From Flavobacteriales bacterium (GTDB lineage: Bacteria > Bacteroidota > Bacteroidia > Flavobacteriales > UBA7312), in contig CBDIDR010000001.1 of NCBI GenBank assembly GCA_965277895.1, forward strand, positions 74 to 64,073: a DNA stretch of 64,000 nucleotides. Direction: 5' to 3'. Below are positions 32,274-40,169 of the stretch, piece after piece; positions within the stretch are counted from its first letter, which is position 1, and each line of letters opens with the position of its first letter. The notes under the pieces are model-generated. The model ran no database searches and was not told where the DNA came from. It saw only the letters and a program-made list of their open reading frames with translations. A program made the position numbers and the translations under genes.

Positions 32274-32378
32274 TTAGATTTAGTTTTTAAAAAAACAGGT
32301 TTTAAAAAAGGAGTTTATATTGTTGATTTATTGGATAATAATTCTGTTGTTCAAACAGGAAAAATAATAATCAAATAA
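32274..32378 (+). pseudogene. Orphan relic of a T9SS C-terminal sorting domain (last ~35 codons only)
   Basis: This frame translates to LDLVFKKTGFKKGVYIVDLLDNNSVVQTGKIIIK*. That matches the terminal beta-strands of the two upstream CTDs, and there is no upstream ORF body. Confidence 0.5.
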
Positions 32379-32396
32379 TACCAATAAAGTATTAAT

Positions 32397-32428
32397 AAAA
32401 AAGAGAGGCTTTTCAGCCTCTCTTTTTT
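32397..32428. terminator. Bidirectional Rho-independent terminator between the T9SS locus and mlaF
   Basis: The perfect 9-bp stem agagaggct/agcctctct has a 4-nt loop. It is flanked by an A run upstream and a T run downstream. Confidence 0.75.
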
Positions 32429-33173
32429 ATTGCTTTAATTTTTTGAAAAGCTGAGAAGCAAAAACAAAGTCATTCAACACAGGGTTGTCAGATGATATTA
32501 TAGAATCTTTATCCCCTTGCCAAGCTAATTTTCCTTTACTAATGAAAGCAATATTATCGCCTATCTCAACAACTGAGTTCATATCATGAGTATTCACAAC
32601 AGTAGTAATATTATACTCTTGAGTAATTTCTTGAATAAGATTATCGATGATAATAGATGTTTGAGGGTCTAAGCCTGAATTTGGCTCATCACAGAATAAA
32701 TACTTAGGATTCATAGAAATTGCCCTTGCAATAGCCACACGTTTTATCATACCCCCACTTAACTCTGCTGGAAACAGATTATTTACATTATTTAGATTTA
32801 CTCTGTTCAGACAAAAGTTAACTCTATCACTCTTTTCTTCCTCACTCATGTCAGTAAACATACTCAAAGGAAATGCAATATTTTGTTCTACAGTGAGGTA
32901 ATCGAATAAGGCACCTCCTTGAAATAACATCCCAATTTGTTGCCTTAGCTCTCTCTTATCTTTCTTATCCAAATCGTCAAATGTAGCACCATCGAAAATA
33001 ATTTTTCCAGAATCAGGAGTATGAAGTCCAACCATACATTTTATCAATGTCGTTTTACCAGAACCGCTTGCACCAATTACTAAGTTAGTTTTACCTGCTT
33101 CAAATGAAAAAGAAACATCTTTTAAAACATGTTTATCAGCAAATGACTTATTTATTTTTTCAACTTTTATCAT
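32427..33173 (-). CDS. mlaF: ABC transporter ATP-binding protein, MlaF-like
   Basis: It starts MIKVEKINKSF. Walker A GASGSGKTT, signature LSGGMIKR and Walker B LFCDEP are present. The start overlaps the mlaE stop (ATGA). Confidence 0.85.
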   Translation of the reverse strand: MIKVEKINKSFADKHVLKDVSFSFEAGKTNLVIGASGSGKTTLIKCMVGLHTPDSGKIIFDGATFDDLDKKDKRELRQQIGMLFQGGALFDYLTVEQNIAFPLSMFTDMSEEEKSDRVNFCLNRVNLNNVNNLFPAELSGGMIKRVAIARAISMNPKYLFCDEPNSGLDPQTSIIIDNLIQEITQEYNITTVVNTHDMNSVVEIGDNIAFISKGKLAWQGDKDSIISSDNPVLNDFVFASQLFKKLKQ

Positions 33174-33913
33174 GCTAACATAAGTTGAGTGATGACAAAA
33201 TTGATAATCAAAATCACAATACAACTGTATACTACAGCTTTTGTACTTGACTTTCCTACCGCAATGGCTCCCCCAGCGGTATAGTACCCAAAGAATGAGG
33301 ATACTGAAGAAATAGCAAAAGCAAAAAATACTGTTTTTACTAATGCATAAAAAATATAAAAGGGCTGAAACCAATAGAGTAAGCCTTGTAAAAACTCTGC
33401 TTTACTAATAATTCCTCCTAATGTTGCTGCCAAAAAGCCGCCAAACATTCCGATTGCCATACTGATAACTACCAAAATTGGGAAAAATAAAACCGATGCA
33501 ATTATTTTAGGCTGTATGATGAAAGCCGAAGAATTTATTCCCATAATTTCAAGGGCATCAATTTGTTCAGAAACACGCATTGTGCCAATTTCAGAGGCAA
33601 TACTTGAACCTACCTTACCCGCTAAAATTAAGGCAATCATAGTTGGCGAAAACTCTAGCACTAGAGACTCTCTTGTTGCGAATCCTATTAAATATTTTGG
33701 AATAAAGGGATTGCTTAATTGTAAGCCAGTCTGTATAGTTACAACTGCACCCATAAACAATGAAATAATAGACACAATGGTTAAAGAGTTTACACCCAAT
33801 TTCACCATCTCATCTAGAATTCTTCTGAAGTATACCTTTTTATTTTCAGGTCTGCTAAATACATTTCCCAATAAGGAAAGGTATTTGCCGAACATTTTAA
33901 GACCTTGTATCAT
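33170..33913 (-). CDS. mlaE: ABC transporter permease, MlaE family
   Basis: 247-aa polytopic protein with a MlaE-like conserved core (ASEIGTMRVSEQIDALEIMGI). Confidence 0.85.
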   Translation of the reverse strand: MIQGLKMFGKYLSLLGNVFSRPENKKVYFRRILDEMVKLGVNSLTIVSIISLFMGAVVTIQTGLQLSNPFIPKYLIGFATRESLVLEFSPTMIALILAGKVGSSIASEIGTMRVSEQIDALEIMGINSSAFIIQPKIIASVLFFPILVVISMAIGMFGGFLAATLGGIISKAEFLQGLLYWFQPFYIFYALVKTVFFAFAISSVSSFFGYYTAGGAIAVGKSSTKAVVYSCIVILIINFVITQLMLA

Positions 33914-33918
33914 ATCTT

Positions 33919-33926
33919 CAAAAATA
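33919..33926 (-). promoter_or_regulatory. Candidate -7 box (TAnnTTTG) for mlaEF with leaderless-type spacing
   Basis: The reverse complement is TATTTTTG. Only 5 nt separate it from the mlaE ATG. Confidence 0.35.
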
Positions 33927-33961
33927 ATAATATTTATTGCCTCAGTCTTAAAAGCATATAG

Positions 33962-33969
33962 TATTTTTG
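33962..33969 (+). promoter_or_regulatory. Candidate -7 box (TAnnTTTG) for the small lipoprotein ORF and feoAB
   Basis: TATTTTTG lies 21 nt upstream of the ATG at 33991. Confidence 0.4.
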
Positions 33970-33990
33970 AAATAAGTATTACATTTAACT

Positions 33991-34131
33991 ATGAATAAAA
34001 CAAAAAATCTATTTTTCATTCTATTATTTTCATGCTTTCTGCTCAGCCTGTCATCCTGTAGTATTTTAAAAGAGGACTGTGATTGTCCAAGCTTTTCGAA
34101 GAGCACAAAAACCACGGAAAAACATTCCTAA
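33991..34131 (+). CDS. Small (46 aa) putative lipoprotein with a CDC motif, upstream of feoA
   Basis: My own translation is MNKTKNLFFILLFSCFLLSLSSCSILKEDCDCPSFSKSTKTTEKHS*. It has a signal peptide and the lipobox LSSC. It is absent from the ORF track because it is under 60 aa. Confidence 0.45.
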   Translation: MNKTKNLFFILLFSCFLLSLSSCSILKEDCDCPSFSKSTKTTEKHS

Positions 34132-34170
34132 TATAGTTTTAGATTAATTCTAAATAAGTAAATTAGCAGC

Positions 34171-34398
34171 ATGAAAAACCTAAGTAATTTAAACCCTGGC
34201 GAAAAAGCTGTTATAGATTCTTTTTCTGATAAAGAATTGGCACTAAAACTCATGGAAATGGGCTGTCTTCCAGGTGAACGAATTTGTATTGAGCGTAAAG
34301 CGCCATTAGGTGACCCCATAGCTGTTTCTATTTCAGGCTATCTGTTGAGCATGAGAAAGTCTGAAGCTGAAACTATTTTTGTTAACGAAATTAAATAG
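34171..34398 (+). CDS. feoA: Ferrous iron transport protein A
   Basis: A 75-aa SH3-like FeoA (GEKAVIDSF...LMEMGCLPGERI) immediately upstream of feoB. Confidence 0.85.
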   Translation: MKNLSNLNPGEKAVIDSFSDKELALKLMEMGCLPGERICIERKAPLGDPIAVSISGYLLSMRKSEAETIFVNEIK

Positions 34399-34401
34399 TC
34401 G

Positions 34402-36513
34402 TTGACGTATTCACAAAAAATTAAAGTAGCCTTAGTTGGAAATCCAAACAGTGGAAAGACAACATTATTTAATGCCCTCACTGGATTAAATCAAAAAGTA
34501 GCGAACTTTCCTGGTATTACCGTTGACAAAAAAGTCGGAGCATGCCAAATTTCACAATTAGCGAGTAAAAATAAAGTAGACACTGAGTTTATTGACCTTC
34601 CAGGAACCTACAGTCTGTATCCAAAGTCTGTTGATGAAAGCGTAACGTTTCAGATTCTTTGTGATTCTAAAAACGAGCACCACCCTAATGTCAATATTAT
34701 TATTGCAGACGCCTCAAACCTCAAGCGTTCTTTATGTTTAGCCACTCAGGTTATTGACCTTAATACACCTTGCATTTTAGCTCTAAGTATGATAGATTTA
34801 ATTTCTGCTGATGGTGTAGAAATTGATATCGATTTACTAAGTGAGCAACTTGGCATCCCTGTAGTCCCAATAAATGCTAGAAAAAAGATTGGCATTGGTA
34901 ACCTAAAACAAGCCATAATCAAAGTCATCAACGATTTTGAAAGACCTAGCAATTTTGTGGATATAAAAAATCTTGCTCCAGAACTTATAGGTAATATTCA
35001 AAATGAGTTAACCCTCAAAAGTGACTATAATGCTTTTCAAATCGCTTGTAATTATAAAACTATCACTGGCTTATCTGAAAAAGAAAAATCGCATTTTGAA
35101 GGACTTGCTAAAGAGTTAAAATTCAATCCGAAAAGGTCGCAGGCTACAGAAACAGTAAGAAGATATAAAGCCATAGACAAGCTCATTGATGCATGTGTGA
35201 AATACCCTGAGTTTAGTAAAAATAATAGCCTGACTCAAAAGTTAGATAACATACTCACTCATCCCATTTTGGGTTTTGGTATTTTCTTAGCTATTCTATT
35301 TCTTATTTTTCAAGCTGTATTCTCATGGTCTGAATATCCAATGGAAATTATCGATAATGCATTTGCTCAACTGTCACAATTTGTTGGCAACTCATTACCG
35401 CAAGGAGCACTAAACAGTTTAATTGTTGACGGTATAATAGCTGGACTTGGAGGTATAGTTATTTTCATTCCTCAAATTGCCTTCCTATTTGCATTCATTG
35501 CCATACTTGAAGACACAGGATATATGTCCAGAGTAAGCTTCATAACAGATAAATTGCTTAGAGGATTTGGGCTAAGTGGACGTTCAATAATACCATTATT
35601 AAGTGGTGCTGCGTGTGCTATTCCAGCTGTAATGTCAGCACGAACTATTCCTAATTGGAAAGAAAGGATCATCACCATAATGGTTGTTCCTCTCATGAGT
35701 TGTGCGGCAAGACTACCAGTCTATACCTTACTTATTTCTATGATGATACCTGCCGACCAAAAATGGCTCATATTTAACCTTCAAGGGCTTACTATGATGG
35801 GATTTTACCTCATAGGCTTTATATCGGCAATATCAATTGCTTGGATAATGAAGTATATTTTAAAATCTAAAGAAAGAGGCTATTTTGTAATGGAAATGCC
35901 TACATACAAAGTCCCTGACTGGAAAACTGTTGGGCTAACTATTTTTGAGAAAGTAAAGGTATTCTTGATTGATGCAGGAAAAATTATTGTTGCTATTTCA
36001 ATCGTTCTTTGGGTACTTTCATCCTATGGTCCTTCAGACAAATTTCAAGAAATAGAAGAAAAATACCAATATTCTGAAAATGTAGAAGTTGAAATAGCAA
36101 GTGAGAAATTAGAAGCTTCATATGCAGGTATAATTGGAAAAAGTATAGAGCCGGTTATTCGTCCACTTGGCTTCGATTGGAGGATTGGAATTTCACTTAT
36201 TACATCTTTTGCTGCTCGAGAAGTGTTTGTTGGAACAATGTCAACCATTTATAGTGTTGGAGATGCAGACAATACCAAATCCATAAGGGAAAAGTTAATG
36301 TCTCATAAAAACCCCAATACAGGAAAAGCCTTTTTTACTCCAGCAGTGGCACTATCGCTCATGCTCTTTTATGCCTTTGCTATGCAATGCATGAGTACAT
36401 TGGCTATTGTCTTCAGAGAAACGAACAGCTGGAAATGGCCTATCATACAGTTCATCTACATGAGTCTCTTAGCCTATATAGCTAGCTTTGCAGCATATCA
36501 ATTATTGAGTTAA
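34402..36513 (+). CDS. feoB: Ferrous iron transport protein B
   Basis: N-terminal G domain VALVGNPNSGKTTLFNALTG followed by a large polytopic permease domain. It has a TTG start. Confidence 0.95.
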   Translation: MTYSQKIKVALVGNPNSGKTTLFNALTGLNQKVANFPGITVDKKVGACQISQLASKNKVDTEFIDLPGTYSLYPKSVDESVTFQILCDSKNEHHPNVNIIIADASNLKRSLCLATQVIDLNTPCILALSMIDLISADGVEIDIDLLSEQLGIPVVPINARKKIGIGNLKQAIIKVINDFERPSNFVDIKNLAPELIGNIQNELTLKSDYNAFQIACNYKTITGLSEKEKSHFEGLAKELKFNPKRSQATETVRRYKAIDKLIDACVKYPEFSKNNSLTQKLDNILTHPILGFGIFLAILFLIFQAVFSWSEYPMEIIDNAFAQLSQFVGNSLPQGALNSLIVDGIIAGLGGIVIFIPQIAFLFAFIAILEDTGYMSRVSFITDKLLRGFGLSGRSIIPLLSGAACAIPAVMSARTIPNWKERIITIMVVPLMSCAARLPVYTLLISMMIPADQKWLIFNLQGLTMMGFYLIGFISAISIAWIMKYILKSKERGYFVMEMPTYKVPDWKTVGLTIFEKVKVFLIDAGKIIVAISIVLWVLSSYGPSDKFQEIEEKYQYSENVEVEIASEKLEASYAGIIGKSIEPVIRPLGFDWRIGISLITSFAAREVFVGTMSTIYSVGDADNTKSIREKLMSHKNPNTGKAFFTPAVALSLMLFYAFAMQCMSTLAIVFRETNSWKWPIIQFIYMSLLAYIASFAAYQLLS

Positions 36514-37088
36514 TGCAAAGTTTAGACTCTTTTCTACCCAAAGAATCTGTTGATTCTATAAAAAAGTGGTTATCAGATTATAATTGCCAATTATCTATCA
36601 AGAAATCGAGAGCTACCAAATTAGGTGATTATCGTTTTTACAAAGGTCAACACCATATTTCAATTAACAATGACCTAAACCCATACTCTTTTCTTATTAC
36701 TTTAACTCATGAAATTGCTCATATGGTAGTAAAAGAAGAGTATTCACCAAGAGTATTGCCACATGGTAAGGAATGGAAAATGACATTTCAGAAACTCATG
36801 ATTCCTTTCTTGCCTGTTTTTCCAAAAGAAATACAAAAACACCTTGCTCTTCATTTAAAAAATCCAAAAGCATCGACAAGTTCCGATTTTGAGCTTGTAA
36901 AAGCTCTAAGAGAATTTGATGAAAAATACATTCTAACTATTTCTGACATTCCTAACGGAACTATTTTTGAAACCTCAAATGGCAAAAAATATTTAAAAGA
37001 AAAACGATTAAAAAAACGATATCAGTGCAAATCTCTTTCGAATAACAAAAGGTATCTTTTTAACCCCTTAGCAGAGGTTAAAATTTGA
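36513..37088 (+). CDS. SprT-like zinc metalloprotease-domain protein
   Basis: HExxH motif LTHEIAHMV. The start overlaps the feoB stop (TAATG). Confidence 0.7.
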   Translation: MQSLDSFLPKESVDSIKKWLSDYNCQLSIKKSRATKLGDYRFYKGQHHISINNDLNPYSFLITLTHEIAHMVVKEEYSPRVLPHGKEWKMTFQKLMIPFLPVFPKEIQKHLALHLKNPKASTSSDFELVKALREFDEKYILTISDIPNGTIFETSNGKKYLKEKRLKKRYQCKSLSNNKRYLFNPLAEVKI

Positions 37089-37122
37089 TTTTGTACTTTT
37101 ACAACTCAAACTTCATAAGCAT

Positions 37123-38211
37123 ATGAATACTAATAATTTTGCTGTTATAATGGCTGGTGGGATAGGCTCACGATTTTGGCCTATGAGTAGAAGTACATTT
37201 CCTAAGCAATTTTTGGATATACTCGGAACTGGCGAAACCCTTATTCAACAAACGTTTAGAAGACTAAGCAACTTTTGCCCCACAGAAAATATACTGGTCG
37301 TAACAAACGTAAATTATAAAGACCTTTGTATTGAACAACTAAAGGATATTAAGGAAAGTAATATTTTGTGCGAACCCGCTATGAGAAATACGGCACCTTG
37401 TATCGCCTATGCTTCTTTTAAAATTAATAATATAAATCCTGAGGCAAATATTATAGTTGCACCATCAGATCACCTCATTACTAATGAGAATGAATTTACA
37501 AGAATCGTAAACGAGTGTTTTGAAGTCTGTTCCAAAAACAGCTATTTATTGACTCTAGGAATAAAGCCTTCAAGACCGGACACTGGTTATGGATATATTC
37601 AATATAATGAAGAAAATTCAGAGTTCAGCCAACATATTCATTCAGTGAAAACATTCACTGAAAAACCTAACCTTGAACTTGCCAATCAGTTTCTTGAAAG
37701 TGGTGATTTCTTGTGGAATTCTGGTATTTTCATCTGGAGTGCTAAGTCTATTACATTAGGCCTAAGAAAGCACTTGAGAGATTTATACGATACTTTCCAG
37801 GATGGAATAGACTACTTTAATACCGACGAAGAGGAAGAATTCATCAATAGAGTTTTCCCTGGTTGTAAGAGCATTTCAATCGATTATGGATTAATGGAAA
37901 AGGCTGATAATGTATGTGTATACCCTTCTGATTTTGGATGGAGTGATTTAGGGACATGGGGTTCATTGCACAGTCACCTAGAAATAGATGAGAACAATAA
38001 CGGTGTTATCGGTGATGGCGTAATGCTTTATAACTCAAAAAACAACATTATTAATGCTCCTAATGGTAAAGTTGTTGTTGTTGAGGGCTTGGAAGACTAT
38101 ATTGTAATTGATAACGACAATACCCTTTTAATCTGTAAGACAGAAAACGAGCAACAAATCAAACAATTTGTTAGTGATGTAAAACGAAATAAAGGAGAGG
38201 ATTACGTCTAA
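37123..38211 (+). CDS. Mannose-1-phosphate guanylyltransferase
   Basis: It has the N-terminal nucleotidyltransferase motif MAGGIGSRFWPMSR and is 362 aa long. Confidence 0.85.
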   Translation: MNTNNFAVIMAGGIGSRFWPMSRSTFPKQFLDILGTGETLIQQTFRRLSNFCPTENILVVTNVNYKDLCIEQLKDIKESNILCEPAMRNTAPCIAYASFKINNINPEANIIVAPSDHLITNENEFTRIVNECFEVCSKNSYLLTLGIKPSRPDTGYGYIQYNEENSEFSQHIHSVKTFTEKPNLELANQFLESGDFLWNSGIFIWSAKSITLGLRKHLRDLYDTFQDGIDYFNTDEEEEFINRVFPGCKSISIDYGLMEKADNVCVYPSDFGWSDLGTWGSLHSHLEIDENNNGVIGDGVMLYNSKNNIINAPNGKVVVVEGLEDYIVIDNDNTLLICKTENEQQIKQFVSDVKRNKGEDYV

Positions 38212-38212
38212 C

Positions 38213-39610
38213 TTATTTCAAACTCCCGCACATATCTTCTGGTCTAACCCATTGGTCAAACTCTTCAGCAGTGAGGTATCCTAAATTTACCGCTTCTTCT
38301 TTTAGTGTTGTACCATTTTCATGAGCAGTTTTAGCAATTTTAGCTGCTTTCTCGTAACCAATTTTAGTGTTTAGGGCAGTTACTAACATCAACGAATTAT
38401 CTAAATTTTTCTTCAGATTCTGATGATTGGGCTCAATACCTATAGCACAGTTATTATTGAAAGATACACATGCATCGGCTATTAATCGTGCCGACTGTAA
38501 AATGTTTGCTGCCATCATAGGTTTAAAAACATTAAGTTCATAATGTCCTTGCAAACCACCTACTCCAATTGCTACATCATTTCCCATAACCTGAGCACAA
38601 ACCATTGTTAATGCTTCACATTGGGTCGGATTAACTTTTCCAGGCATTATGGATGAGCCAGGTTCATTTGATGGTATATTTATTTCACCAATACCACTTC
38701 TAGGCCCTGATGCTAATAAGCGAATGTCGTTAGCTATTTTATTTAAGGAAACAGCCAGTTGTTTTAATGCTCCATGTGATTCTACAATAGCATCGTGAGC
38801 GGCTAAGGCCTCAAACTTATTTTCGGCACTAACAAAAGGAAAGTTAGTAAACACCGCAATCTTATGTGCTACTAAATCGGCATAGCCATCAGGGGTATTA
38901 ATACCAGTTCCTACGGCAGTTCCACCAAGTGCTAATTGAGAAAGATGACTTAGGGTATTATTTAGAGCTTTTAGACCATGGTCTAGCTGAGAAACATATC
39001 CAGAGAACTCTTGCCCAAGTGTTAAGGGGGTTGCGTCCATCAAGTGCGTTCTTCCAATTTTGACCACCTTCATAAAGTCAGACGACTTCTTAGCTAATGT
39101 GTTTCTTAGTAATTCAACAGCTGGAATAGTTGTTTCTACAATCATTTTATACGCTGCAATGTGCATTCCTGTTGGAAAGGTATCATTAGACGACTGTGAT
39201 TTATTGACATCATCATTTGGATGAATACATTTATCGGTATCTGTAAGACTACCGCCACTAATAACGTGACCTCTATTGGCAATTACCTCATTGGTATTCA
39301 TATTTGACTGAGTGCCTGAGCCTGTTTGCCAAATCACCAAGGGAAACTGTTCGTCATGCTGACCATCGAGAATTTCATCACAAACTTGTGAAATCAAGTC
39401 TCTTTTTTCAGAAGAAAGTACTCCTAATTCACAGTTAGCATGTGCTGCAGCTTTTTTTAAGTAAGCAAAGCCATAAATTATTTCCAGCGGCATACTAGAG
39501 GATTGACCTATTTTGAAATTGTTTCTTGAACGTTCAGTTTGAGCACCCCAATACTTATCTGAAGGTACTTTTACTTCTCCCATTGTATCTTTTTCAATTC
39601 TATAGCTCAT
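38213..39610 (-). CDS. fumC: Class II fumarate hydratase
   Basis: It carries the fumarate lyase signature [15 protein letters not shown] and is 465 aa long. Confidence 0.97.
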   Translation of the reverse strand: MSYRIEKDTMGEVKVPSDKYWGAQTERSRNNFKIGQSSSMPLEIIYGFAYLKKAAAHANCELGVLSSEKRDLISQVCDEILDGQHDEQFPLVIWQTGSGTQSNMNTNEVIANRGHVISGGSLTDTDKCIHPNDDVNKSQSSNDTFPTGMHIAAYKMIVETTIPAVELLRNTLAKKSSDFMKVVKIGRTHLMDATPLTLGQEFSGYVSQLDHGLKALNNTLSHLSQLALGGTAVGTGINTPDGYADLVAHKIAVFTNFPFVSAENKFEALAAHDAIVESHGALKQLAVSLNKIANDIRLLASGPRSGIGEINIPSNEPGSSIMPGKVNPTQCEALTMVCAQVMGNDVAIGVGGLQGHYELNVFKPMMAANILQSARLIADACVSFNNNCAIGIEPNHQNLKKNLDNSLMLVTALNTKIGYEKAAKIAKTAHENGTTLKEEAVNLGYLTAEEFDQWVRPEDMCGSLK

Positions 39611-39636
39611 GATTTTTTTATTAGATAATTAACACT

Positions 39637-39654
39637 TACTTTTGTACAAAGTTA
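39637..39654. promoter_or_regulatory. Pair of interleaved divergent -7 boxes around a TTTGTACAAA palindrome (fumC leftward, small ORF rightward)
   Basis: The plus strand has TACTTTTG at 39637-39644. The minus strand has TAACTTTG at 39647-39654. Both match TAnnTTTG. Confidence 0.4.
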
Positions 39655-39670
39655 ATTCAAAATATAAGAT

Positions 39671-39817
39671 ATGTTTATTGGTTTTCTACTCTTTTTAGTT
39701 ATCGCAATTATGGCGTTCTGGTTACTTACTTTCATCGTTAGCTTTTTGCCTTACTGGATTGGTGCTTGGTTCATCGAGTCTTACAAAAATAAAGACTTGG
39801 TTGAAGAACTAGAATAG
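39671..39817 (+). CDS. Small (48 aa) hydrophobic membrane peptide, hypothetical
   Basis: My own translation is MFIGFLLFLVIAIMAFWLLTFIVSFLPYWIGAWFIESYKNKDLVEELE*. It sits 26 nt downstream of a TAnnTTTG box and is not in the ORF track. Confidence 0.3.
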   Translation: MFIGFLLFLVIAIMAFWLLTFIVSFLPYWIGAWFIESYKNKDLVEELE

Positions 39818-39819
39818 TC

Positions 39820-40164
39820 TTACAACACGCTCAACACATTTTCTGGAGGTCTACCAACTACCGTTCCCTTACTGCTTGATACTATTGGTCTCTCAATAAG
39901 TTTTGGATTACTTATCATTGCTTCTATTAGTTCATCATCACTTAGCTCTTTACCTTTGTAATTCTCTTTCCAGATGGATTCGTTTTTACGAACTAAATCA
40001 ATGGGTTTAATATTTAACTCATTAATTATTTGAGATAATTGCTCAGTTGTTAATGGTTTTTTTAAGTATTCTACTACAATAGGTTTATTGCCTTTACTTT
40101 CTAATAGAGATAAAGCTTGTCTGCTTTTACTGCATCTAGGGTTATGATAAATTATAACTTCCAT
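39820..40164 (-). CDS. arsC: ArsC-family arsenate reductase / Spx-fold protein
   Basis: IYHNPRCSKSRQALSLLE and ERPIV motifs. It is colinear with glutaredoxin-type ArsC. Confidence 0.7.
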   Translation of the reverse strand: MEVIIYHNPRCSKSRQALSLLESKGNKPIVVEYLKKPLTTEQLSQIINELNIKPIDLVRKNESIWKENYKGKELSDDELIEAMISNPKLIERPIVSSSKGTVVGRPPENVLSVL

Positions 40165-40169
40165 AATTT

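Noticed and set aside
33174-33374. A 67-codon N-terminal extension of the mlaF ORF as given in the track (32427..33374)
   Set aside because: The extension lies entirely inside mlaE in another frame and has a Cys/Phe-rich nonsense composition. The ATG at 33173 gives the canonical MIKVEKINKSF start and an ATGA overlap with the mlaE stop.
33516-33998. Long antisense ORFs in the track, for example 33516-33998, 58979-59386, 50169-50552, 2807-3196, 1734-2090, 20199-20555 and 47686-48003
   Set aside because: All lie fully inside strongly supported genes on the opposite strand. They have low-complexity, Ser/Ile/Phe-rich translations with no recognisable motifs. They are shadow ORFs.
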